Sequence record: DRR723986_13540
Reading direction: 5' to 3' (one strand)
Length of the DNA: 29,281 bases
A model generated the notes under the pieces. That model was not told the origin of the DNA. It was given only the letters and a program-made list of their open reading frames with translations, and ran no database searches. Below are positions 14,824 to 24,717 of the stretch, piece after piece; position 1 is the first letter of the stretch, and the number at the start of each line of letters is the position of its first letter. Both the position numbers and the translations under genes were made by a program.

Positions 14824-17553
14824 ATGCTCAAATACCTGGGAATATTTTTCGTGTTGATCATCCAAAATGGATACAGTCAGGACTATTTAGACAAGGAAGT
14901 ATATCTAGTTGACTCAATTGATTATGAATTGATTACACCAGAATATAAGCAGCTACTCAATTACTATATCCAATATCATCACGATACGGATGATGAAGTA
15001 TACAAGATCAGCGTGATTCACGAAATTGTTAGGAATTGCTGGGATTTTAATATTTGGCCAAAGTATAATGAGTGGGTGTATAACAAAGCAACTGAAAAGT
15101 TAAGCGAAGATTTATCAGATTCTTTGCGCAACATTTATGGTTTGTTCAAAGCAGGATCAGTTTATTATAGAGGTTGGGGACATTATTACAACACCAATTA
15201 CGATTTGTCAAGAGCCACCTTTGAACAAAGTCGCGATTTATATCTTGAATATGGTGATTCTGCAGGCGCAGCAAGCTCCATTGACAATATAGGCTCAGTC
15301 TACAGCACCCAAGGCGAAATGTCAAAAGCCTTAGAATATCATGTTGAAGGATTAAAAATTAGAGAGCGGCTTCAAGATACTTTGGGCCTTGGAGCATCCT
15401 ATAATGCAATTGGAATCATTCACATGACGCATGGAGATTACAACCGTGCCATTGCTGACTTTGAAAAAGCAATTGGTTTTCATACGCATGTTCAATGGTG
15501 GTCTGGTTTATCGAACGAATACAGTAATCTTGGGGCACTAGAATCAAAACTCGGGCATCATGATGTCGCTTTAGAATATCACCTGGAAAGTTATCGTATT
15601 AAAGAACATCTCGGAGACAAACAAGGCATGGGTATATCATTGACCAACATTGCCAGCATCTCATTGCTTAATGGAGATACCGCCACCGCAATTGAATATC
15701 AAAACTATGCCCTAGAGCTTTCAAAAGAATTGGGTGACAATAGAGGAATTGCAGGCTCACTAAATCAATTGGGGTTTATCCACCTTTTAAAAGATGAGTA
15801 CACAGAAGGATTCGAGCTTTTGAAACAATCTTTAACAATCAGTAACGAAATTGGATCGCAACTTGACAAAAGAAATGCCTTAGTCAGCTTGCTTAAAGGT
15901 TACTTATGGAAAGGAGATTTTAAAGAGGCTGAAAAGTATTTGCAAGAACTTGTGGAGATGAGAAAAAGGGACATTAAAACCAATTTCGCCATTTTATCGG
16001 AACAAGAAAAATCCATGTACTTTAAAACAATGGCTGAAGAGTATGACAATTTATACGCTTATGGCAATTTGACTTATGCTTCTAACCCAGCAATCACGAC
16101 TACCCTTTATGACAATACCCTCATGTTAAAAGGATTGTTGTTGAAATCATCAACTGCAATGCGTGAAGCAATACTTACAAGTAAAGAACCGGATTTAATT
16201 GATCAATATCATGAATGGATAGCCATCAAAGTTCAAATAGCTGATGCCTACGCAAAAGGATTTGATTCAGATAGTCTGGAAAAAGCTGCAAATGTTTTAG
16301 AAGCAAGTCTGGTGAAAAAATCTGCCGCATTTGACGATTTCTATATTGGGGATCCAACATCTTGGGAGGACATTAAAAACAAGCTAGAGAAAAATGAGAC
16401 GGCCATAGAATTCATTCGTTTTCCAAAAGATTTGATGAATGAAGATTCTGAAGTTATTTATGCTGCACTTACCATCCAGGCTGACTCAAAACAACCTAAA
16501 TTAATTCAACTGTGCACAGAAAAAGATCTTGAAAAAGTTCTTGGAAAAATCACATCAACTAGTATCAGTCATGTTAATGAAGTTTATTCAAACAATGCTT
16601 TAACCGAATTGATTTGGAATCCACTCAAAACTGAACTTCAAGGAATGGACAGAGTTTTCTTCTCTCCTGTTGGATTACTTCACAAGATTGCTTTTTCAGC
16701 GATAAGAACTGGTGAAACCGGGCTAGTACGTGATCAGCTAGAATTGGTGCAATTAAACAGTACAGAGCAAATGCTATCTGATAACAAGGTACAAATCAAT
16801 GATAATACCGTTGCCTCTTTATTTGGTGGTGTTAAGTACAATACCGACTCTTCTGAACATGTTATTTGGAATTATTTACCTGGAACATTGGCCGAAATCG
16901 ACTCAATCAAATCAACTATTGATGCTAAAGTAACAGTGAATTATCTCAATGGACTTGACGCGACAGAGGAACGGTTTAAACAGTTAGCAGAGGAAAGCAC
17001 CATACTGCACATTGCATCACATGGCTTCTTTTATCCTGACCCTGAATTGGTTAGACAAGAAACACAAGTAGAGTTGGATCAAGATGAGCTGGCATTTAGA
17101 GGCGGATCATCAAATTATGGGATTTGGAATTTTGTAAACAATGAGAATCCACTAATGCGATCAGGAATTGCTCTGGCTGCTGCAAATGACGCTTGGCAAC
17201 GAAATGCCTTTTCTGAGGGAGAAGATGGTGTATTATCAGCTCAGGAGGTATCCAATCTAAATATGACAACAACAGATCTGGTGGTGTTATCTGCATGTGA
17301 AACAGGATTAGGAGATATTCGTGGATCTGAAGGAGTTTATGGCTTACAACGAGCTTTCAAAATGGCTGGGGTAAACTACTTAATCATGAGTTTATGGCAA
17401 GTACCGGACAAAGAAACTGCCGAATTTATGACCCTATTCTATCAGCATTTGGTTGAAAGTAAGGATGTACGAATTGCCTTTAACAAAACACAATCGGTTT
17501 TGAGCGCACTTTATGAACCGTATTATTGGGCCGCGTTTATCTTGGTTGAGTAA
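14824..17553 (+). CDS. Exported TPR + CHAT (caspase-like) protease; start probably ATG 14824
   Basis: Signal peptide MLKYLGIFFVLIIQNGYSQ; TPRs (NIGSVY..QG...KALEYH); catalytic ILHIASHGFF and VVLSACETGLG; SLWQVPD; PYYWAAF. Confidence 0.92.
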   Translation: MLKYLGIFFVLIIQNGYSQDYLDKEVYLVDSIDYELITPEYKQLLNYYIQYHHDTDDEVYKISVIHEIVRNCWDFNIWPKYNEWVYNKATEKLSEDLSDSLRNIYGLFKAGSVYYRGWGHYYNTNYDLSRATFEQSRDLYLEYGDSAGAASSIDNIGSVYSTQGEMSKALEYHVEGLKIRERLQDTLGLGASYNAIGIIHMTHGDYNRAIADFEKAIGFHTHVQWWSGLSNEYSNLGALESKLGHHDVALEYHLESYRIKEHLGDKQGMGISLTNIASISLLNGDTATAIEYQNYALELSKELGDNRGIAGSLNQLGFIHLLKDEYTEGFELLKQSLTISNEIGSQLDKRNALVSLLKGYLWKGDFKEAEKYLQELVEMRKRDIKTNFAILSEQEKSMYFKTMAEEYDNLYAYGNLTYASNPAITTTLYDNTLMLKGLLLKSSTAMREAILTSKEPDLIDQYHEWIAIKVQIADAYAKGFDSDSLEKAANVLEASLVKKSAAFDDFYIGDPTSWEDIKNKLEKNETAIEFIRFPKDLMNEDSEVIYAALTIQADSKQPKLIQLCTEKDLEKVLGKITSTSISHVNEVYSNNALTELIWNPLKTELQGMDRVFFSPVGLLHKIAFSAIRTGETGLVRDQLELVQLNSTEQMLSDNKVQINDNTVASLFGGVKYNTDSSEHVIWNYLPGTLAEIDSIKSTIDAKVTVNYLNGLDATEERFKQLAEESTILHIASHGFFYPDPELVRQETQVELDQDELAFRGGSSNYGIWNFVNNENPLMRSGIALAAANDAWQRNAFSEGEDGVLSAQEVSNLNMTTTDLVVLSACETGLGDIRGSEGVYGLQRAFKMAGVNYLIMSLWQVPDKETAEFMTLFYQHLVESKDVRIAFNKTQSVLSALYEPYYWAAFILVE

Positions 17554-17559
17554 TCTTTT

Positions 17560-18057
17560 CTAAAGAGCGGCTAAAGCCGCATCATAATCTGGCTCATCAA
17601 CTGTCTCCGAAACTTGCTCAGAGTGAACCACCTTTCCTGTATTATCAATCACTATGATGCATCTAGAATTTAAGCCAGCCAATGGACCATCTAAGATCTC
17701 TAATTGATAATCTTTTCCGAATTGACCTGTTTTAAAGTCAGATAACATGATCACATTTTCTATCCCTTCTGCCCCACAAAATCTATTTTGAGCAAATGGT
17801 AAATCACGAGAGATGCACAAAACTTTTGTCGATCCTATACTTGCCGCTTTTTCGTTGAATTTACGAACTGATGTTGCGCAGGTTCCTGTATCAATACTTG
17901 GAAAAATATTTAAAATCAATTGCTGCCCTTTAAAATCTGAAAGAGTTTTTGTAGACAAATCTGTTGCTACTAATTCAAAGTTTTTAGCCTGTTCACCTGT
18001 CTTTGGAATTTCGCCCAATGTGTTAACAGGGTTTCCTTTTAATGTAATTTTTGCCAT
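17560..18057 (-). CDS. tpx: Thiol peroxidase (atypical 2-Cys peroxiredoxin)
   Basis: LNIFPSIDTGTCATSVRKFN, ISRDLPFAQNRFCGAEG, EPDYDAALAAL. Confidence 0.97.
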   Translation of the reverse strand: MAKITLKGNPVNTLGEIPKTGEQAKNFELVATDLSTKTLSDFKGQQLILNIFPSIDTGTCATSVRKFNEKAASIGSTKVLCISRDLPFAQNRFCGAEGIENVIMLSDFKTGQFGKDYQLEILDGPLAGLNSRCIIVIDNTGKVVHSEQVSETVDEPDYDAALAAL

Positions 18058-18089
18058 AGTTCGATTTTATAGAATCTAAGTTAGTTTTA

Positions 18090-21023
18090 TTAAATGATTA
18101 AGCCGGTACCCCAATTTTTAAACAGTTTTGAGCCTGTATCTCGATATGCTTGTGCCTTGACTTCATCTTTTCTATCCTCGTAAAGATCTGCTAAAAACCA
18201 ATTCGCAATAGCAGCATTTTGATAAAATTCTTGTTCATTAGCATCAGCGATTGCTTTTTTCAAAAAGTCAATTGCGGCCTCTGCATCATTTTTTCTATAA
18301 GCATTTAAACCTTGAAGAATGTACAGTTTATGGAGATAATTCTCAGGACAATAATCTGACCATTTTACGAATTTTTTAATAATCCGATTGATTCCTCCAG
18401 ACCTATTGATGTTGGATTTCTGATTTTTAATTAGCGTTAATCCTTTATAAAAATAATATTCTGTTTGAATGTACAGACCAGTCAGAGATTGAACGATATT
18501 ATCTACATCTGATAGTTTCTCCATGGCATCTTCCCATCTGGATTCTAAACAAGTTCGTTGAAGGTCCAACACGAGATTCACTGACAGTGTAAATTTATAC
18601 TCAGTTTTTTCAAGAATGGATTCTACTTCGTTCTTGACGGTATCTTCTACCTCATTCCCTTGAAGTCGTTTAATGTGATACATGAACATGACTTGAAAAT
18701 CTCTATAATCAATCATTTTTAGATCCTCGCACCAAACTGCATTTTGCATGGCCTGGTTATACACGTCATGTAGATTTTTCCCCACTAATAACAAGGTAAG
18801 TGATTCGTTTACGGTTGGCTCAGAAGCTCCTAAAAAATCACCTTGTTCATAGCCATTTTCAGTGGCAAGTTGATAATATTCTAACGTTGACCTAAGTGGC
18901 ATTTTATATGCTAAATAGATGGCTTTTCCGAAAAAATATCTTGCCGATTGAACATTATATTTATCTGCTAGTCGGCCGCCGATTTCACTATACTCGTAAG
19001 CGGTTTTAAAATTCCCGATTCCAGCACCAGTGATTATTCCGTAAGCCATAAAGCCTGAATATGATTCGGGATTAATCCCTTTTTTCAAAGTAATTTGCAT
19101 CAATTTCAGTGCTAAAACTCCGTTGAGTTCAGGATTCAAGTAATAAGCTGAACGGAACATCCATAAGATAACACTACAGGTAATTTCTGCTTCAGGATCT
19201 GACATTTTAGGCAAATTATAAATATCATCAAATGATTTATTGCCCAACATCAGTTTGGTTCGAGCCAGCTCTTTTACAACCGTGAGTTTATTTGCTTTAT
19301 CAGAAACATTTATTCCTAGTTGCTGTAAAGCCAAAATTCCATTACTCAAGGCGGCAGATAATTCACCAAACTGTGTGTCTAGCATAATTTTGGCCAACCT
19401 CAGTTTGATTTGATCAGCTTTATTACAACGTGCTAAACCTTGAGCATATAACTTATTGGCCAGTGATTCAACATTACACAATCTGGCGATTTGATACCCT
19501 TCAATTCGAATGGTCGCCGCTAGATGATATGCTGTTGACCAGTTATGATGCATATTGCTATCAAGGGCCTGGTGCAAATACCCCAAGGCCAGATCGAAGG
19601 ACGCGGATAATTTAGCCTTTTGAACAGCCTGTAAATTCACTTCTGCATGCTGTATTTTCAATTCAAAAGGACTGTCATCAGTAATGCATTCATTTAAGTG
19701 ATAAGCGCAGTCGAAAACGTATTTATAGTTTAAACCCAATGCAGAATTGCTTAAATAATAATCAGCAATTTTATAATGCAATTTAGATCTTAACTTTTCG
19801 CTCATAGAATCATGCACAGTTTCCTGTACCAAATCATGCTTAAATTTATAGTTTGTTAAATCAGATAAATCTTTCGAATCCTCTAATTGCATAGGAAGTA
19901 GGAAGCCGTTATCTACGGCTACTCGGTAGCTATTCTGCAAATCTTCTTTACTTTCACCAATAATTTGCGCAATGAATGGCACATTAAATTCAGACCCAAA
20001 ACATGCACCAATTTGAATATTGAGCCTATCTTTTTCGCTCATTTGCTCAAGCTTGTTTCGCAACATTCTTGGCATTACATCTTCAATTGAAACGTCAATA
20101 TTTTCGAAATCACCCCATGACCAGGAATTCGTTTTATCCAAATAAACTATCTCATTTGCCCTACTTAATTTGCGTAAATATTCATTGAGAATGTAAGGGT
20201 TTCCCTCACATTTTGAGTACAGAATATCTTCTAATCGCTCAAAGTCTGAATTAGAATTTTTAAACAATTCTTTTAATAAAGCACTGACTTCCTTTTTAGG
20301 TAATCCGGTAAGGACCACCTTAATTTCTTCTATGGTTGAATCAATCGAGAGCCCATTAAAATGATCACTCGGTCTATTAGAAATCACTACCAATAATCCA
20401 TTTAATCGCTTTTCAATTAGTAAACGAATAATTTCTAGCGAATCCTTATCAGCCCATTGTAAATCATCTATATGTAATACAACATTGTGCTCTACCTTTT
20501 CAACTAAAAACGCAATGAAATTTAAAACAGTCCGGTTGAACTTATTTCTGAGTGATACCGGCGAAACTGTTTCGTTTCCTAATTGTGGATTAACTTGAAT
20601 GGTTTCAAGTAATGAGGGGATGAATCGGTGAATTTCTGTCAGTTGGGACTCAAACTTTTCTAAAAAATCATTTTTCCATTCTGTCTGGTTGCTTCCAGAC
20701 AGGGTAAATTGAAAATTCACTAATCCCTCGCAAATTTGACGCAATCCTAAGTAAGGTACCCCTTGTTTAAATTGCTCATACTTCCCCGTATAAAACTGGA
20801 AATCCTTATATTTTTTAAAAAACGACCTAGCGAAATACGATTTCCCTATTCCAGCTGGACCTTCGAATCGCACTAATAAATTCTCTCCAGAAATCGCCTT
20901 TTCAACAGTTTCATGCAGTATTTCCTGCTCCTGTTCTCTACCGTAAATGCGATTTGGAAAGAGCAATTCTGGATTTCCAGTTGGAGCACCTTTGTATTGT
21001 GATATTGTAGATATTTCTTCCAT
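18090..21023 (-). CDS. STAND-class (AAA_16-like) ATPase with helical/TPR-like sensor region; lacks kinase and output domains
   Basis: IYGREQE, Walker A GPAGIGKS, GKYEQFKQGVPY, Walker B HIDDLQWAD, EGNPY, YKFKHDLVQE, CPENYLHK, terminal WG. Confidence 0.85.
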   Translation of the reverse strand: MEEISTISQYKGAPTGNPELLFPNRIYGREQEQEILHETVEKAISGENLLVRFEGPAGIGKSYFARSFFKKYKDFQFYTGKYEQFKQGVPYLGLRQICEGLVNFQFTLSGSNQTEWKNDFLEKFESQLTEIHRFIPSLLETIQVNPQLGNETVSPVSLRNKFNRTVLNFIAFLVEKVEHNVVLHIDDLQWADKDSLEIIRLLIEKRLNGLLVVISNRPSDHFNGLSIDSTIEEIKVVLTGLPKKEVSALLKELFKNSNSDFERLEDILYSKCEGNPYILNEYLRKLSRANEIVYLDKTNSWSWGDFENIDVSIEDVMPRMLRNKLEQMSEKDRLNIQIGACFGSEFNVPFIAQIIGESKEDLQNSYRVAVDNGFLLPMQLEDSKDLSDLTNYKFKHDLVQETVHDSMSEKLRSKLHYKIADYYLSNSALGLNYKYVFDCAYHLNECITDDSPFELKIQHAEVNLQAVQKAKLSASFDLALGYLHQALDSNMHHNWSTAYHLAATIRIEGYQIARLCNVESLANKLYAQGLARCNKADQIKLRLAKIMLDTQFGELSAALSNGILALQQLGINVSDKANKLTVVKELARTKLMLGNKSFDDIYNLPKMSDPEAEITCSVILWMFRSAYYLNPELNGVLALKLMQITLKKGINPESYSGFMAYGIITGAGIGNFKTAYEYSEIGGRLADKYNVQSARYFFGKAIYLAYKMPLRSTLEYYQLATENGYEQGDFLGASEPTVNESLTLLLVGKNLHDVYNQAMQNAVWCEDLKMIDYRDFQVMFMYHIKRLQGNEVEDTVKNEVESILEKTEYKFTLSVNLVLDLQRTCLESRWEDAMEKLSDVDNIVQSLTGLYIQTEYYFYKGLTLIKNQKSNINRSGGINRIIKKFVKWSDYCPENYLHKLYILQGLNAYRKNDAEAAIDFLKKAIADANEQEFYQNAAIANWFLADLYEDRKDEVKAQAYRDTGSKLFKNWGTGLII

Positions 21024-21721
21024 TAATTATTAAATCCTTCAGGTGCAGGGCCTGCAACCCATGATTTTCCTTGCCTAGAATATAATAGATAAAGATAGAT
21101 TATATCTAGAAAAAATACGACTCCTCCAATAATGTGAACAAATGAATTAGGTGGGTCGAAACTAAAATAAACAATTGTATAAGCGAGTGTTCCCAAGCAT
21201 TTACACCACCCCATTATTTTAGAGAATTTTTTGAATCTAAATTGTCTTAAAAACAAAGAAATAAACAATAAAGAGATCACCACATTTGAGATGTAAGCTG
21301 ATTGACTCCCCCATTTATGGTCAAATCCAGATGCAATAAAAGAGGAATAAAGAGAAGCAAATATCCCAATTCCTATTAAACAAATTGGAATGAAATATTG
21401 TTTAATCTCAGGTATTTCAATTTGTTTTCTTCCGTACTTAAAGAGTCCAATAAGTATAAAAATATCAAGAAGAAACCATGCTCGATAACTCCAAATGAAC
21501 AATTCTCCTAGATTTATGGAATCATAAAATAAAAACCCCCAAACAAATTCCCAGGCAATATTTCCCAACACACAAATCCAAGGCATTTCGACATATTTGT
21601 CCTTCACAATAGACCTTATTATTAGGGCATAAAGCGTTATCCAAAATAGCCATCCAATTGCCGTTACCGTTAGTTCGTAAGGCGTAAATTGCTCTAAGTT
21701 TATCCAATAGTTTGATGCCAT
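21023..21721 (-). CDS. Pyr4/PaxB-like integral membrane terpene cyclase homologue
   Basis: 232 aa, about 7 TM segments; W...Y...I.R, MP..C...NIAWEF, WFLLD, W.CKCLGT and C-terminal FLDIIY motifs. Confidence 0.72.
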   Translation of the reverse strand: MASNYWINLEQFTPYELTVTAIGWLFWITLYALIIRSIVKDKYVEMPWICVLGNIAWEFVWGFLFYDSINLGELFIWSYRAWFLLDIFILIGLFKYGRKQIEIPEIKQYFIPICLIGIGIFASLYSSFIASGFDHKWGSQSAYISNVVISLLFISLFLRQFRFKKFSKIMGWCKCLGTLAYTIVYFSFDPPNSFVHIIGGVVFFLDIIYLYLLYSRQGKSWVAGPAPEGFNN

Positions 21722-21724
21722 AAG

Positions 21725-22876
21725 TTAATCTTCTAAATTCCAGTCTCTTCTTAAACTAGGTGGAATGTAAAACTTCACCTTTTTATCATTATTAAAATGG
21801 TTGAGCATGTGTTGCAAAAGATATTTTTTCACGTGCTCAGCTATTTTTTCAATCACCTTGTGCGATTCCGTAAATTCATCCACCGAATCAAACACAACTC
21901 CAACCAATTTTGGAATCATTTTATCAAATAAATTCAAATGGGAATCTAAATGTAGGATTTCAGCAATTTGATCACCAATCATATGACGGATTATTGCTTC
22001 GGGAGCCGCATCAAACAGATGTCCTGGCATCATATCCGCCATAAACTTGCATACTGCTTGCGTTAATTCGGTTCCTTCTTTTGAAGGTTCCATTTGATTC
22101 TTTAAAATAGATTCACCGAGATGCAATCCATCTTGGAATTTTTCAGGGTTCAATTCGTCTTTAAGGCCCATAATGTGCCCTATAACTCTCCAAGAATGAT
22201 AATACCCTTGTTTTTCTTCATCTGAAAGTTGAATATTTAAAACTTCAAGACCTTGAATGGTAAGAGAAGAGAAAGATTGTAAAGTTCCTGCTAAATCTTG
22301 TTGATTGATTGGTGCTCCATAAACTTCTTCTTGCCAATGGTGTTTTCTTAAATAATATCTTATTGCAGCATGAATCAACCTAACTTTTTGAGCCGTTTCA
22401 ATTCCCTTACCTTTTGGCTCCAAACCTCCTTCGCTATTCACATTAATTACAAACTGTGCCGTTTCCATTAATCGTCTGGTAAATACTTTTAACGAACCGT
22501 TCTGTTCAGTTAACCTACCTGTTGCATAAAGCACTTTTGCACCGTTGGCACACGCATATGCTTCTGGTAAAGATTTGGTGAGTAAACAAAGAGATATCTC
22601 TGGGCCATATTGTGAAAAGACTTTTTGACCAATTCTAACTTGATTCACATCAATCCAATCAGGCAATTTCGCCGATTCTTGAAAATAATTTTTCACAACC
22701 TCAGGAAAATCAATTTCTGAAATTTCATCATTTTCTCTCAACTGAGAAAACAGTTGATTTATGCCTTCAGTATTACCTGAAGAAATAATATCAGCAACAA
22801 CCTGATCGGCTAACGGATCAGACTCATGTCTTACTGAATTGAATTCTTCAGGGGTCCAATTTTTTAAAGTGGGCAT
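21725..22876 (-). CDS. Lcp/MpaB-like (DUF2236) haem oxygenase family protein, no signal peptide
   Basis: DPLAD, LPDWID, SLPEAYA, VLYATGRL, RRLMETAQF, KVRLIHAAIRYYL, GAPINQQDLAGT, WRVIGHIMG. Confidence 0.88.
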   Translation of the reverse strand: MPTLKNWTPEEFNSVRHESDPLADQVVADIISSGNTEGINQLFSQLRENDEISEIDFPEVVKNYFQESAKLPDWIDVNQVRIGQKVFSQYGPEISLCLLTKSLPEAYACANGAKVLYATGRLTEQNGSLKVFTRRLMETAQFVINVNSEGGLEPKGKGIETAQKVRLIHAAIRYYLRKHHWQEEVYGAPINQQDLAGTLQSFSSLTIQGLEVLNIQLSDEEKQGYYHSWRVIGHIMGLKDELNPEKFQDGLHLGESILKNQMEPSKEGTELTQAVCKFMADMMPGHLFDAAPEAIIRHMIGDQIAEILHLDSHLNLFDKMIPKLVGVVFDSVDEFTESHKVIEKIAEHVKKYLLQHMLNHFNNDKKVKFYIPPSLRRDWNLED

Positions 22877-23049
22877 TTCTTAGGGTTTACACTGCTTAAT
22901 ATAGCTATTTTATTTTGTGACATCCCGTATTTGAAACTAAAAATCTCGCTGTTGAATATTAAATTACTGACATTCAGCGCATCAAAATAAGTCATGATTA
23001 AAGTAGGATGGAATAATTTTTAGCTTTACATTTAGTCTAAAATCAAGTT

Positions 23050-23568
23050 ATGAAAACAATCTGTATTCTGTTAACCGGATTCATTTCAATGACTGCTTTT
23101 GCAGATTCTGGAAAATTGAAGACCTATACATCTAATGATTGGGATTACTGGGAAATCAATTTAGGGGGTGTATCAGGAAAGATTAAAACTTACACCTCAG
23201 AGGACTGGGACAGCTGGGAATATTCATTCAATGGCTCATCTGGAAGAATTAAAACCTATTCTTCAAATGATTGGGACTACTGGGAGATTGGTAGTTTAAA
23301 ACTCAAAACTTACAGTTCAAATGATTGGGATTATTGGGAGGTATCTGGTGGTACAAATATGAAAATTAAAACTTATACATCTGAAGATTGGGATTACTGG
23401 GAAGTTTCAGGCGCCGCAAGTGCGAAAATCAAAACGTATACTTCAGAAGATTGGGATTATTGGGAAGTAAGTGGGAGTTTTTCTTCGTTAAGCACGGAAG
23501 CTAAAATGGCTATGGTTTTCGTTCCAATTTTCACCAGCGCAATTCACGTTAGAAATATCAATAAATAA
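23050..23568 (+). CDS. Exported protein built from six K(I/L)KTY(T/S)S(N/E)DWDxWE repeats
   Basis: Signal peptide ending AFA; six repeats visible in the translation; hydrophobic C-terminal helix. Confidence 0.85.
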   Translation: MKTICILLTGFISMTAFADSGKLKTYTSNDWDYWEINLGGVSGKIKTYTSEDWDSWEYSFNGSSGRIKTYSSNDWDYWEIGSLKLKTYSSNDWDYWEVSGGTNMKIKTYTSEDWDYWEVSGAASAKIKTYTSEDWDYWEVSGSFSSLSTEAKMAMVFVPIFTSAIHVRNINK

Positions 23569-23858
23569 TGGTTTTTATATATAGAGGCGCTGGATTGATG
23601 GTGCCAATAATCTTATTCATTAGTTGTTGGATTGTCAGTTACTGGTTTGAAGACACGCGATTAGGCAATCCGGATTATATGGGATGGTCAATGTTTTGGG
23701 CGGGAATTCCAATATTAATCGTTGGAGGTTTATTGGCCGCTTCAAATTTAGAAGATGCTGAAACAGGAGAAAAGCCTGAAAAAACCTATTGTGATTTATT
23801 TTTTATCCCTGCTTGGATTTGGGGGTTATTCTTTATCATTTTCGGTTTATATCTTTAA
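23568..23858 (+). CDS. Small multi-pass membrane protein, translationally coupled to the repeat protein
   Basis: TAATG overlap; three hydrophobic segments. Confidence 0.65.
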   Translation: MVFIYRGAGLMVPIILFISCWIVSYWFEDTRLGNPDYMGWSMFWAGIPILIVGGLLAASNLEDAETGEKPEKTYCDLFFIPAWIWGLFFIIFGLYL

Positions 23859-23859
23859 A

Positions 23860-24285
23860 TTAGCCTGCTGCCAACTCTGAACGATTTGCCAGCCAGCGAA
23901 ACGCTTCTTCATCAGAATTAACCAGCTTTAACTGGAAAGGTGAAGAATCATAAGCCTTCATATATTTCACCATAAGTTTGGCCATCCAACTGCTGTTTTT
24001 AACTGCCATCATGCGAATGTGAGGGCCGAGTTCATTATTTAAAAATTCTCGTTGTTCTCTATTTAAGATTACGCCTAGCGAATTATCCAGGTAGAATTCC
24101 ACTTTATTACTCTGAATGAGATCTTTAATTATTTCAAACGAATCTCTTAATTTTTGAATACTTGGAACAGTATTTTTCGCTCTTGCAATCAATAAGGTAT
24201 CTCTGATTTTAAGAGAATACATTTCTGTTTCGATCATGATTACCCCTGTGTACTTGTGGACAATCATTTTATTTATCACGGTCAT
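23860..24285 (-). CDS. Hypothetical protein, possibly SpoIIAA/STAS-like fold
   Basis: FYLD...LNREQREF...MAV...P.FQLKLVNSDEEAFRWL pattern. Confidence 0.55.
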   Translation of the reverse strand: MTVINKMIVHKYTGVIMIETEMYSLKIRDTLLIARAKNTVPSIQKLRDSFEIIKDLIQSNKVEFYLDNSLGVILNREQREFLNNELGPHIRMMAVKNSSWMAKLMVKYMKAYDSSPFQLKLVNSDEEAFRWLANRSELAAG

Positions 24286-24434
24286 GCTTGTTGTTTTGCA
24301 AGCAATTTACTCTATGATAGTAGGGTAATTATTTTGAATTTACCGAACGCTTAACTTAGCATTTTCTAAAGTTCTAATAACCAATAAGAACGTTGGGTAC
24401 GGAATAATCCACGTTAATAAGTGGTGATATTGCG

Positions 24435-24707
24435 TTAGTGTATTTTGGCTGTCAAACCTCTTTCGTTAAGCGCTTGTCTCATTGGTCTTAACTTTTTAAA
24501 TTCTCCTTCTTTGACTGCACATTTACCATTATAATGAACTATCCAAGTACACTGTTCAGCCTGGATGGTTTCGTGCTTACATACCTTGATTAAGGCATCT
24601 ATCACCGTATCAAAAGTGTTGACATCATCATTATACAATATCAAGCTTCTACTTTTCTCTGTATCGGTTTTATGATCTACCTTCTCTAATACTTCAGTTT
24701 CAGTCAT
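24435..24707 (-). CDS. clpS: ATP-dependent Clp protease adaptor ClpS (start probably ATG 24707)
   Basis: LILYNDDVNTFDTVI...HETIQAEQCTWIVHYNGKCAVKEG. Confidence 0.95.
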   Translation of the reverse strand: MTETEVLEKVDHKTDTEKSRSLILYNDDVNTFDTVIDALIKVCKHETIQAEQCTWIVHYNGKCAVKEGEFKKLRPMRQALNERGLTAKIH

Positions 24708-24717
24708 AACCCTCAAT

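Noticed and set aside
14824-21023. CHAT protease and STAND ATPase as one Avs/NLR-caspase system
   Set aside because: Opposite strands, separated by housekeeping tpx, and the CHAT protein appears exported while the ATPase is cytoplasmic.
23110-23470. Regularly spaced DNA repeats as a CRISPR array
   Set aside because: They are in-frame coding repeats with synonymous variation; no cas genes.
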